A stretch of DNA of 64,000 bases from the NCBI GenBank assembly GCA_043803745.1, contig JAZDJS010000019.1, positions 1 to 64,000 on the forward strand, in the 5' to 3' direction. Below the pieces are notes generated by a model, which saw nothing but the letters and a program-made list of their open reading frames with translations, was not told the origin of the DNA and did no database searches. The stretch comes from an archaeon (GTDB lineage Archaea > SpSt-1190 > DYHY01). Made by a program: the position numbers and the translations under genes. Every line of letters starts with the position of its first letter. Within the stretch, counting starts at the first letter, position 1. This document shows positions 38,357 to 47,041 of this stretch, in pieces.

Positions 38357-39010
38357 ATGGTTAACATCTCAAAACTTGGGCTGAACTACCGCCAGGCAAA
38401 CAGACAAGGGCCTGGGAAGGTAGTTCATGTGAGGCGCTGTGCATCCCGCCCGCACGCGGAAAGGGATCATCTGGCGTCGCAACTAACTCGGCTGCAGCAT
38501 AGCATCCTCCGCCAGTTGTTCATCAAGGCTGGAACTGCCCTGACTGCCAGAGCCATTTCCCTTGCGTTGAACGTGTCGCAGCCTGCAGTGTCAAAGGCGC
38601 TTCCTAGGTTGCAAAAGGAAGAGCTGGTTTTGGTTGCAAAAGACAGGGCGACAAAGCGACTTGCCATCCAGCTCAACCGGGAAAACCCTCTCGCAATAGG
38701 GCTAAAGCGGGCGGACAACCTAAAGCAAATCTACGAGTCAGGGCTTTCCCAGTTCGTACAGGATAATCTTGCCGGATCGGTCGTCATCCTGTTCGGCTCG
38801 TATTCGCACGGAGAAGACGCTACCGCGTCAGACATTGACCTCGCCGTCATCGGACTGAAAGAAAAGGAACTGGACCTTGCGGAATTCGAGAAGAGGCTTG
38901 GCAGGGAGATAATCATGAACTTTTACGAGTCTTTCGGAAGAATAGACAAACCCTTGTTGGGAAACGTATTGAGTGGAATTGTGCTCAAGGGAGCGGTGGA
39001 ACTGCAATGA
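38357..39010 (+). CDS. HTH plus minimal nucleotidyltransferase (MNT) antitoxin
   Basis: HTH SQPAVSKAL; LFGSYSHGEDATASDIDLAV. Confidence 0.88.
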   Translation: MVNISKLGLNYRQANRQGPGKVVHVRRCASRPHAERDHLASQLTRLQHSILRQLFIKAGTALTARAISLALNVSQPAVSKALPRLQKEELVLVAKDRATKRLAIQLNRENPLAIGLKRADNLKQIYESGLSQFVQDNLAGSVVILFGSYSHGEDATASDIDLAVIGLKEKELDLAEFEKRLGREIIMNFYESFGRIDKPLLGNVLSGIVLKGAVELQ

Positions 39011-39438
39011 CCCTAAAAGAATTCAAGGAGTATCTCAAGACCGGCGTCGTGAAGAAGCAGGCAGCCAATAAGAACAGGGCGGCATCCCTGGTTAACGAAG
39101 CGGAAGAGAAGAAGGAGTTTCTAAAAGTCGCCTTGAAGAGCATTCCGACTGACCGGATGAACCCGAACTTTGTAGTTGAATCCTGCTATGACATCGTCAT
39201 GGAACTCGTGAGGGCGAAGATGTTCCTCTCGGGCTTGAACGCAAGTTCGCACGAAGCGGAGGTTTCCTACATGAGTGAACTCGGCTTTTCCGAGGCGGAC
39301 GTAAGGTTTGCCGACGACTTGAGATATGGAAGGAACGGAATAAAGTATTACGGCACAACCCACACGAAGGAGTTTGCCGAAAAAACGCTCGAGTTCATGA
39401 AGAAGGTTTATCCCAAGCTCAAGGAATTGCTGCGCTGA
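39007..39438 (+). CDS. HEPN domain protein
   Basis: SHEAEV, RNGIKY; ATGA overlap with the MNT gene. Confidence 0.78.
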   Translation: MTLKEFKEYLKTGVVKKQAANKNRAASLVNEAEEKKEFLKVALKSIPTDRMNPNFVVESCYDIVMELVRAKMFLSGLNASSHEAEVSYMSELGFSEADVRFADDLRYGRNGIKYYGTTHTKEFAEKTLEFMKKVYPKLKELLR

Positions 39439-39517
39439 AAACGGCTCTGTGTTTTTTGTGAGGGACCGCCCAAATCCCAGTTTTACGAATAGCTCTCCTA
39501 GACGCCGAGGACATACT

Positions 39518-39539
39518 GCCGCAGGTCCTCTGAGGAGGA
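39518..39539 (+). repeat. 22-bp copy of the tRNA-associated motif
   Basis: GCCGCAGGTCCTCTGAGGAGGA identical to 14545-14566; core also at 38237-38250. Confidence 0.9.
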
Positions 39540-39576
39540 TTTTTAGACACGCCCTCGGGGCCTCTATATGACAGAG

Positions 39577-40824
39577 TTATTCGAAAGGCAGGACTTCCAA
39601 TACCCGCTCTCTTGTTATCTCGCCGCCGGATACAAACAGCTCTCTAAGGGTCTCTACCTCAATCTTGTAGCTCTGCAGCTTGTTCTCCAAAATAAACAGC
39701 AGATTCTCTATCGTTATGAGGCTTATGGACTTGAGCCTTCCTGAATCTAGTTTGAGTTTCGTTAATTGCTCTGATTGTTCGCTAAATCCGCTAGAGACTA
39801 CCAAGAAGTGCGTTTCCAGACCTCTATTTTCGTGTTCTTTCAAGAAAGACCGAGAGTAATCTAGTATTGCCCTAGAGTCTTGTGTGTTTATCCGATAGTC
39901 CCTGCTACCTCTGGCCTTGCAGTCAACCAATATGGCATATTGAGTTTCGCTACCATATCCTTTAGCGATAAAGTCGGGATTTACTCCTTTCCCGGCACCC
40001 AACTGTTCCACTTTGTAGCCCAGCATTTTGAAAAGTATTCCTACCTTGCGCTCGAATTCCGCCGGGTTGCCCTCACTAACCGAAAGAGCCACAACATCCG
40101 AAAGTATGGGTGGTATGTAGCTGGCATCTGGCACGGCTGCCATTTGGATAGTTACAGGAGCTTTCCGTTCAATATTCTCATTCCGGGGCTTTTCTTGTTT
40201 TATCTTGTTGAAAAGATACCAAAAGAAAAGGTCGGCGTCTATGAAGTTCGCAGCAGGAAATCCGTTCTCTCTCAAAACATCCCTTACCAATCCGATGGCA
40301 TTAATGCATTCTTGATATGCCTCTCCATTCTTCAGCGGATATTTGAAATAAGAGGGCTGTAGAATGTCGAAACCTAACCAAGGCAAAACGGTCTTTGGTT
40401 TGTCGTTCCATAGGCAATTATTTTCTGGAGAGATAAAATGCAACATCTCCGTAATTGCTGAAGGACCGAGGCCTTGTATGTTCTTTCTAAAGTTGTCATA
40501 TCTTTTCGATAGATGCACCGATTCATTGTATAGGAGATCTTTCAAATTCTCCAATAGCTTATCTAGGCCGTTCTTTCCAATTATCTCATTGTCGAAGTAC
40601 CATTTCTTATTAGACCACATTTGACTGGCCCACAAAGATTCCCATGCTTTCTGGAGTTCGGTTTGTGAGAGCGTTGGAAGTTTTTCTTTCGATAGTAACC
40701 TTGCAATTTCCTCACCGTGCTCTCTGTGCTCTTTTCGCTCATTGCTGCCTTTACCAGACAACCACTCTTTGAATCCCCTCAGCTCAGAGATAACTCGGTC
40801 CTTCTGTTCTTGTGAAAGCAGCAT
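39577..40824 (-). CDS. Putative restriction nuclease with C-terminal FokI-like PD-(D/E)xK domain
   Basis: FERKV..LGY...PDF...VDCKA...FLVVSSGF; visibly lower GC than the flanks. Confidence 0.75.
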   Translation of the reverse strand: MLLSQEQKDRVISELRGFKEWLSGKGSNERKEHREHGEEIARLLSKEKLPTLSQTELQKAWESLWASQMWSNKKWYFDNEIIGKNGLDKLLENLKDLLYNESVHLSKRYDNFRKNIQGLGPSAITEMLHFISPENNCLWNDKPKTVLPWLGFDILQPSYFKYPLKNGEAYQECINAIGLVRDVLRENGFPAANFIDADLFFWYLFNKIKQEKPRNENIERKAPVTIQMAAVPDASYIPPILSDVVALSVSEGNPAEFERKVGILFKMLGYKVEQLGAGKGVNPDFIAKGYGSETQYAILVDCKARGSRDYRINTQDSRAILDYSRSFLKEHENRGLETHFLVVSSGFSEQSEQLTKLKLDSGRLKSISLITIENLLFILENKLQSYKIEVETLRELFVSGGEITRERVLEVLPFE

Positions 40825-41006
40825 AAGCCGGAAATCTGTCGTTAAAATATAAGCATTAGTCATGATATAGCAAGATTTCTCCCTGCGCAACAGACCGCCC
40901 ATTGCACTCCGGACACATCAGTCCAAGGCGCCTTGGATTTGTGCGATTTTGGCTAGGAAACTTCAAATTCCTTGGGATTTCCCTTTCAGATAGGAAGTGC
41001 GTCCTC

Positions 41007-41795
41007 TCATGCGTAGAGGGAAACCACTATCACGCAGAAGGGGTCGCCCATCCCGGAGCATTTTACTTCGACCGCGCTCACGGCCTTCCCGTAAAACTGG
41101 GAGAAGAACCCTTCCACAAAACCGGTCTCCAGATAGCACATGTTTATCCCAACGGGAGGGAGCCCGGACGCCGAAAGGGATTCCCGCATGTTTATCCTAA
41201 GCATTTCGTTCCGTCCCTCGCCTTTCTCTATCTCGAGCATGCCTAGGCCCAGTTCCCTGAAAAGCTTTGTCAGGATCCCGCCAACGGTTTCGACTGAAAT
41301 GGCGCCTGCTTGAGAATATATCGCCGTTCCCAGGCGCTTCCCCGCCTCCTTGAGGGCTCTGCTTGCCGCGTCAAAGCCCATTTTGTTGAACAGCACGGAA
41401 TAGATGAGTGTCCTGAAGACGTCTATGTGGACCCGCTCTTTCAATTCGCTTCTGAGCTTTTCCGGATTGGATATCAGGACGTTTGTTGGCCAGATTGAGT
41501 CATATAGCTCCACCTCCGAGATTGCCTTGCCTATGTCCCCCTTGAAATTTAGCGAAAGGAGGAAGGCCGTAAGGGCTGTGAGGAGTTTGAGACGGGATTT
41601 GTCCTCCCGGAGCCCCTCTTCCTGGTACATCGTGACCCATATCTCGCCTTTTTCGGTTATGATGACCTTCAGGCCGCTGCCTAGTTCCCCCCAGAGGGTT
41701 CCTGAAGCAAGCTCCCGCGCGTTTGTCAATTTTGGCTTTATCTCGTCAAGGTTCAGCCGCTCTCCGAGCTCGAGGGCATATGTCACAATTCCCAT
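41007..41795 (-). CDS. V4R domain protein
   Basis: GLGMLEI, CYLETGFVEG, EVKCSGMGDPFC. Confidence 0.85.
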   Translation of the reverse strand: MGIVTYALELGERLNLDEIKPKLTNARELASGTLWGELGSGLKVIITEKGEIWVTMYQEEGLREDKSRLKLLTALTAFLLSLNFKGDIGKAISEVELYDSIWPTNVLISNPEKLRSELKERVHIDVFRTLIYSVLFNKMGFDAASRALKEAGKRLGTAIYSQAGAISVETVGGILTKLFRELGLGMLEIEKGEGRNEMLRINMRESLSASGLPPVGINMCYLETGFVEGFFSQFYGKAVSAVEVKCSGMGDPFCVIVVSLYA

Positions 41796-41844
41796 GTTCG
41801 TTTGCGGGCGCGCTTACAATAAAAGATTTGTCGTCCCAAGGCGG

Positions 41845-42612
41845 CTATTTGGTCTTCCGCAAAAAGGCGGGTCTTCTGAATTTCCGGGAATCGGAAAGGA
41901 CTTTGGTCTTGACAAACTTGCCGTCCCTCATTTCGTGGAGGATGTTTGCGAACCTCACCGGAGACTTTCCGCTGAGGATTGCCGGGACAATGAAATCAAG
42001 GTCGGGTATCCTCTTTTTCTTCAGCATCTCTGAGACTGTCATGAAAGAGTTTTTTCCCTCCCTTTGGCTGCGAATTAGCTTCCCCCGCGGGTTGCTCCCA
42101 AGATACCAAAAGCCGACCGCATGGTGGACGCACTTTCCGCTCTCGGCGTTCAGGGTTACTAAGTTAGTTATCAGCTTGAGATTCAATTCAGCCTCAAGTC
42201 CTGTTTCCTCAAGAAGCTCGCGTCCAGCCTCGCCCTCGGGCTCGCTACCAAACCGGACCTTTCCGCCGACAACCCCTAGATAGCCTAGGAAGGGTTGATT
42301 TGCCCGCTCTTTCAGGAGAATCCGGCTCCTCCCGGGTCCCTTGGCAACGAGGACATATGCGCAGACAATCGGGTAATTCGCCCTCTCCCCAGTGCTGCCC
42401 TCGATTTTGCTCATAAGCTCCATTCCCCGGTCGGTCAGGCAATAGGATTTTCCGGGCGTCTTCTCAATTATTTTCCGGGAAAGGAGGTTCCCGAGATGGT
42501 ATGCGAACTTGCTTGAGGGCAAAAAGCCGCCGCGCAGCTCGTTATATGAAAAGCCCTTTCCCGTCTTGAGCTTCTTTAGGATTTCCCGCTCAATCCTGGA
42601 TTTCTCAGCCAT
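41845..42612 (-). CDS. wHTH-NUDIX fusion protein
   Basis: SSKFAYHL...YCLT; GGKVRFGS....GRELLEETGL. Confidence 0.85.
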   Translation of the reverse strand: MAEKSRIEREILKKLKTGKGFSYNELRGGFLPSSKFAYHLGNLLSRKIIEKTPGKSYCLTDRGMELMSKIEGSTGERANYPIVCAYVLVAKGPGRSRILLKERANQPFLGYLGVVGGKVRFGSEPEGEAGRELLEETGLEAELNLKLITNLVTLNAESGKCVHHAVGFWYLGSNPRGKLIRSQREGKNSFMTVSEMLKKKRIPDLDFIVPAILSGKSPVRFANILHEMRDGKFVKTKVLSDSRKFRRPAFLRKTK

Positions 42613-42709
42613 AATGCCCTTTGGGAAATCCGGGCGGTTTTAAAGACAAATGTAAAGGAATGTTGACAAGGGGCAGAATGCTTATTACGGGCCGCTACCT
42701 GGTAAGATT

Positions 42710-43207
42710 ATGAATTCCCGGCGGAAAATTCATTTCCGAAAGGATGCTTTTGTGAAGAAAATCATCTCGGCTTTCGCAATCGCAATCCTTGGATTCGTTT
42801 TCCTCAACATGGCCTTTCTCCTGGACGCGCTCTTCCAGGGCGCAATCGACCGCCTCATCAGGCCCTTTGCCCAGGGAGAGTTCAACATGGAATTGTCTTG
42901 GTTCCCGCCTCTGAAGCACTTCTTCTTCGTTCTCCTGGTTTTCGGGCTCTTCTTCCTTGCCGTCAAATCAAAGCTTAACCTTCTGCTGAAGGCTTCCCTT
43001 GCAACAGTCCCGCTTGCAACGGCCTTCGTGACAATTGGGATTTTCCTTCATCGATGGCCTGTTTTTTCCTATCTTTCCGGCGCGCTTTTCGGAACCGGGG
43101 TCTTTCTTTACCTTAAGAGAACAAAGCAGCCCTGGCAATACTACTGCGCCCTCCTCCTGACGGGAATTGCAATGTTCCTTGTCGCAGTTACTGGGACTGA
43201 CATCTGA
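42710..43207 (+). CDS. Hypothetical membrane protein
   Basis: About 5 TM segments. Confidence 0.7.
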   Translation: MNSRRKIHFRKDAFVKKIISAFAIAILGFVFLNMAFLLDALFQGAIDRLIRPFAQGEFNMELSWFPPLKHFFFVLLVFGLFFLAVKSKLNLLLKASLATVPLATAFVTIGIFLHRWPVFSYLSGALFGTGVFLYLKRTKQPWQYYCALLLTGIAMFLVAVTGTDI

Positions 43208-43255
43208 GTGTCTGGTCAGATGAACATTTAAGCCACTCTTGAGTGAGTTGATGGA

Positions 43256-43978
43256 ATGCCAGTTTCCGCTGAAGAGGTCAGGGATATTTACAACCGGGTT
43301 GCGGAGGCTCATCATGCCAAGCTTCTTGACTTGGCTGACAGCGCATGGAACGCTGCCGAGAGGCACGCAATGCTCGAGCTTATCGGGGATTGTTCCGGGA
43401 AATCGGTTGCAGACATTGCATGCGGCTCGGGAATAATTACCCCGGAACTTTTCAGGCTCGGAGCTGCAAGAGTTGCCGGGATTGATTTTGCGGAGGAACA
43501 GGTGCGGATAGCTGCAAGAGGGAATCCAAAGGCGCTTTTCGCTGCCGGGGATGCCCTTGCCCTCCCACTCGCAAGCGGGGAATTCGATCTTGCGTTCAGC
43601 TCATATTTCATACACTATCTCAAACCGGAGGAGCTTGCGGAACATTTCAAGGAGGTTGGCCGAATTTTGAAACCGGGGAGCGCCTATCATTTCTCAACTG
43701 ACAATCCGAAATATGTCGACTGTCTTCTTGGGGCTGAGGGGAAAGGGAGCCGGACATATGACTGGGAAATGAACAGCAAGGGAACTCTCCTTTTCAAGAT
43801 GACTTCATATCTGCATTCTCCGGAGGAGCTTGCTATCGCAGCAAGGGCCGGAGGTTTTGGGCCCCTCTCCTCTTCGGAACCTGGCCCTCCGGAATTCCTG
43901 AGGGAGCTTGCCCCGGAATATTACGGGTTCGCATCGAAGGTTCCGACTCTGATAATCTGGAGTGCTGTGAAGGGTTGA
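43256..43978 (+). CDS. Class I SAM-dependent methyltransferase
   Basis: ADIACGSG, GIDF, GDALALP, RILKPG. Confidence 0.9.
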   Translation: MPVSAEEVRDIYNRVAEAHHAKLLDLADSAWNAAERHAMLELIGDCSGKSVADIACGSGIITPELFRLGAARVAGIDFAEEQVRIAARGNPKALFAAGDALALPLASGEFDLAFSSYFIHYLKPEELAEHFKEVGRILKPGSAYHFSTDNPKYVDCLLGAEGKGSRTYDWEMNSKGTLLFKMTSYLHSPEELAIAARAGGFGPLSSSEPGPPEFLRELAPEYYGFASKVPTLIIWSAVKG

Positions 43979-44030
43979 ATGACCCCTTTTGAGGGGAAAT
44001 TTATAAGCGGAACTTCATTCTTCCGCTCCA

Positions 44031-44894
44031 ATGCCAAAAAAGGGCGAACTCAAAGCAGTAACAATCTATCTTCCTCCCGGCTCAATTGAGCAGTTGAACG
44101 GCGAAGGAGGGGAGGAAGGATTTGATGAGGATGCGGACGAGGATGTTTATTCGGGAGAGAAATGGTATGACCCAATTGAGTTCAGGACATTCCCAAGCAA
44201 AAGGTTTCCTGTTGAGCTGAAGCTTGAGGGGGCTGAACTTTCAGCTCTGGAGTTCGACGAGGATGACGAAACCCAGGGCATGTTCAATCCCGCTTCAACT
44301 GAGCCTGATTTGATAGCCGAGCGGCTCACTTTTCTTGAGAAATTGCGGAAAAAATATTCCTCGGACGCAGCATACCGGCTTTTTTACGACGAAAATGGCG
44401 GCTATTCCCTTGCGGAATCAAGGAAGGGGAAACTAAGGGTCCTCCTCAAAGGAGGGGTTGAGGATTTCCAAGCTCTTTGGAAGGAGTTCAACGACATTCT
44501 TGAGGATGCTGCAGGGGTTTTCATAGGGAAAGCTGAGATCGATTTCCCAACTAGCTACAAAGGCTATCTTCTCCCTGACGATTTCCTGAAAATGCCTGCG
44601 AATGTCGAGCGGTCAAGGGGCGGGGACAAATACTGCCTGTTCGTCCAGAAAGGCGGCAAGCCGGACCTGGCAGCCCTTGGCGAGCGTTCTTCTTGGCAGA
44701 GTAGAGACAATAGAAATTTGTGGATAAAGTCGGAAGGAACCCTTGGCGAGGTAATGGACTATATTGTCTATGGGGGCTTTGCAAATTCCGCTGCGGAAGA
44801 CCTGAATTTCAAATGCCTTGCAAGATATGGCTCCGACGCATCGCAATATCAGCCCGTTGCTGCGGATTTTGCTGGAGGAGGGAAAAAGAAGTGA
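44031..44894 (+). CDS. Hypothetical acidic protein
   Basis: 287-aa ORF; TTTATAA box upstream. Confidence 0.65.
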   Translation: MPKKGELKAVTIYLPPGSIEQLNGEGGEEGFDEDADEDVYSGEKWYDPIEFRTFPSKRFPVELKLEGAELSALEFDEDDETQGMFNPASTEPDLIAERLTFLEKLRKKYSSDAAYRLFYDENGGYSLAESRKGKLRVLLKGGVEDFQALWKEFNDILEDAAGVFIGKAEIDFPTSYKGYLLPDDFLKMPANVERSRGGDKYCLFVQKGGKPDLAALGERSSWQSRDNRNLWIKSEGTLGEVMDYIVYGGFANSAAEDLNFKCLARYGSDASQYQPVAADFAGGGKKK

Positions 44895-44895
44895 A

Positions 44896-45534
44896 ATGGT
44901 AGGAAGAACTGGCTCAGACAAGTCAATAAAAATGTTCCGCCTTCTTTTCGAAAACACATTTCTAAATGCTGGCAGGACATATGAGGAAATGGGGGAGATT
45001 GCCGGATATGGCAGGCACGCAATACAGCCCTGGCTTGATTACAACGGGAGCGTTGTCGAGGACGAGCGCGCTCAGGTCTGGAAGCTTAACCCGCACGGGG
45101 TCCTGACCCTTATGAGGCTTTCCGGCTTTAGGAAGAATTACTCGCCTGAAGAAAGGAAAATGGTAACTGATTACCTTGAGCAATACCGCAATCCGCTTGA
45201 GGTTGGGGATGTCATTCTTGACGAGCAAACCCCCCATTCGTTTGAATTTGACGAGGTTGTCGAACTTGGGGCATCGAAAGTTATCCTAAGGGGCTGGACG
45301 GTTCCTAGGGGAGATGACCTAACTGACGCTTCAAGGATAACTCAGTATGTCCACGAAAGCGACTGGGACCGGGCTCTTTACGAATACCGCCTGCCCGGAA
45401 GCAAGCCGACACCAATGCTTGGGAATTCGGCTTTAATTGAACGGATAAGGAAGTCCGCCAACAGGAAGCCGACCGAAGACATTCTCGCCGGCTTGGAAAA
45501 GGCATACAAGGATATTCCGGTTTCCGAACGCTAA
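44896..45534 (+). CDS. Hypothetical protein, possible N-terminal HTH
   Basis: RTYEEMGEIAGYGRHAIQPWL; adjacent to the upstream stop codon. Confidence 0.6.
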   Translation: MVGRTGSDKSIKMFRLLFENTFLNAGRTYEEMGEIAGYGRHAIQPWLDYNGSVVEDERAQVWKLNPHGVLTLMRLSGFRKNYSPEERKMVTDYLEQYRNPLEVGDVILDEQTPHSFEFDEVVELGASKVILRGWTVPRGDDLTDASRITQYVHESDWDRALYEYRLPGSKPTPMLGNSALIERIRKSANRKPTEDILAGLEKAYKDIPVSER

Positions 45535-45543
45535 GGTTCGATT

Positions 45544-45596
45544 AGCTCGACTTCAATCCGTTTCCTTCCGCCGCCGGGAGCCTTTCCCTTGGAAAT
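45544..45596 (-). repeat. 53-bp duplicate of the alaX 3' end
   Basis: Matches 46313-46365 with 2 mismatches. Confidence 0.92.
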
Positions 45597-45618
45597 CCCG
45601 ATAGGCCCAGTCAAGTTG

Positions 45619-46257
45619 TCAACGCAACGCCAACTCTATCGGTTCTGAAATTGTTTTCAGATATTCTTCGGCCTCCGCAAGCTCCGGAGGGAAATTTGTG
45701 ACTGGAATGGATGCGCCCACCCTCCTGACGGTCGTGACAAGTGCGCCATCCCTGTTCCCAAGCTCGTAGAGGGATTCGTCTTTCAGAAGCAAGGGTATCT
45801 TCTCTCCTGGAGAAAGCGCAAGGTCCCTGTGCCTCTCGCAAGTATATCTCTCGAGCACGGCATCGCCGGAAATCGAATATCCGCTCCCGGAAAGCTCCCC
45901 GTAGTAACCCAGCCCGACGTCTGCCAAAAGCCAATCTTGGGGCTTCCTTGCCGGAGGCTCCGGTGATTTGGTTTTCGGGAATATCGGGAAAACATGCTTT
46001 TCGAAAAGTCTGCCATCGGATCCGACTACACCCCAACCGCCATAGTTTGCAACAACCCAGCAGGCAAGCTCAAGGCAGTCGCCCCGGGAAGCTATTCCGC
46101 CGTCGGTTCGGTAGAACTGGGGGATTATTATCGAGAGATTCCCGTCCATTGTGGGAGGCGTTCTCTCCCGCTTCCCCTCGAAGAAGCTTGCGCCAAGGAC
46201 AAGCCCCTTTCGCTCGGCAGCCTCCCGAATCAGCGCAAGGTATGACGAGTCAGCCAC
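45619..46257 (-). CDS. Hypothetical protein between the alaX-end direct repeats
   Basis: 212-aa ORF with its own TATA box near 46280. Confidence 0.65.
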   Translation of the reverse strand: MADSSYLALIREAAERKGLVLGASFFEGKRERTPPTMDGNLSIIIPQFYRTDGGIASRGDCLELACWVVANYGGWGVVGSDGRLFEKHVFPIFPKTKSPEPPARKPQDWLLADVGLGYYGELSGSGYSISGDAVLERYTCERHRDLALSPGEKIPLLLKDESLYELGNRDGALVTTVRRVGASIPVTNFPPELAEAEEYLKTISEPIELALR

Positions 46258-46305
46258 AAGGTAATCTGGCCTTTTTCATTTATAAAATTACCCTTTCCAA
46301 GTGGC

Positions 46306-47001
46306 CTAAACAAGCTCGACTTCAATCCTTTTCCTTCCGCCGCCGGGAGCCTTTCCCTTGGAGATTTTCAGTTCTCCTATCTCCCCGGTGCTTTTGACAT
46401 GCGTCCCCCCGCATTCCATTTCCCAGCTCCCGAGGCGCCAGACCCTTCTTGTCCCGGCCTCCTTGCCGCTTTCCGGGGCGCCGGTCCAGGGGTTCACGCC
46501 GAATCCCTCCCTCTGCTCCTCGCGGATCTCTATCGGGAGGTTCTTTGAAATCAGCTCTTTTGCTTTCCCGTTTATTTCCGGAAGGATTTTGGACAAGTCG
46601 AGTTCCCGCTTGAAAAGATAGTCGCTCCTATCCTTTCTCTCGTCAACGTTCCCGGATGTTCCGGTCATCTCCGGGTCGAATTCCTTGAAAAGGAAATAAA
46701 CGATGTGAGCTGCCGAATGAAGTCGCATTATCCTGTGGCGCCGCTCCCAGTCAAGCTCAAGCCCCACCTCCTGCCCCGGTGAGAATCTGTTCCCGGGGAC
46801 AATGTGGCAGAGCGCGCCTTCCGGAGTTTTCCCCCCTGTTGCTGGCATGAGCCCGCCCATTTTTCCGGTGTCCGGAACCTGCCCGCCGCCGCCCGGGAAG
46901 AATATTGTCCTGTCAAGGAAAACGAGGTCCCCCTCGGTTCTGACAACCTTCGCTGTGCATTCCTTCAGATATGGCTCCTGCCAGAAAATCGGGATTGTCA
47001 T
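46306..47001 (-). CDS. alaX: Alanyl-tRNA editing protein AlaX
   Basis: TIFFPGGGGQ, MRLHSAAH, CGGTHV. Confidence 0.92.
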   Translation of the reverse strand: MTIPIFWQEPYLKECTAKVVRTEGDLVFLDRTIFFPGGGGQVPDTGKMGGLMPATGGKTPEGALCHIVPGNRFSPGQEVGLELDWERRHRIMRLHSAAHIVYFLFKEFDPEMTGTSGNVDERKDRSDYLFKRELDLSKILPEINGKAKELISKNLPIEIREEQREGFGVNPWTGAPESGKEAGTRRVWRLGSWEMECGGTHVKSTGEIGELKISKGKAPGGGRKRIEVELV

Positions 47002-47041
47002 CCCTTGGAGGGAAATCCGAAGGATAAATGTTTTCTCATTC

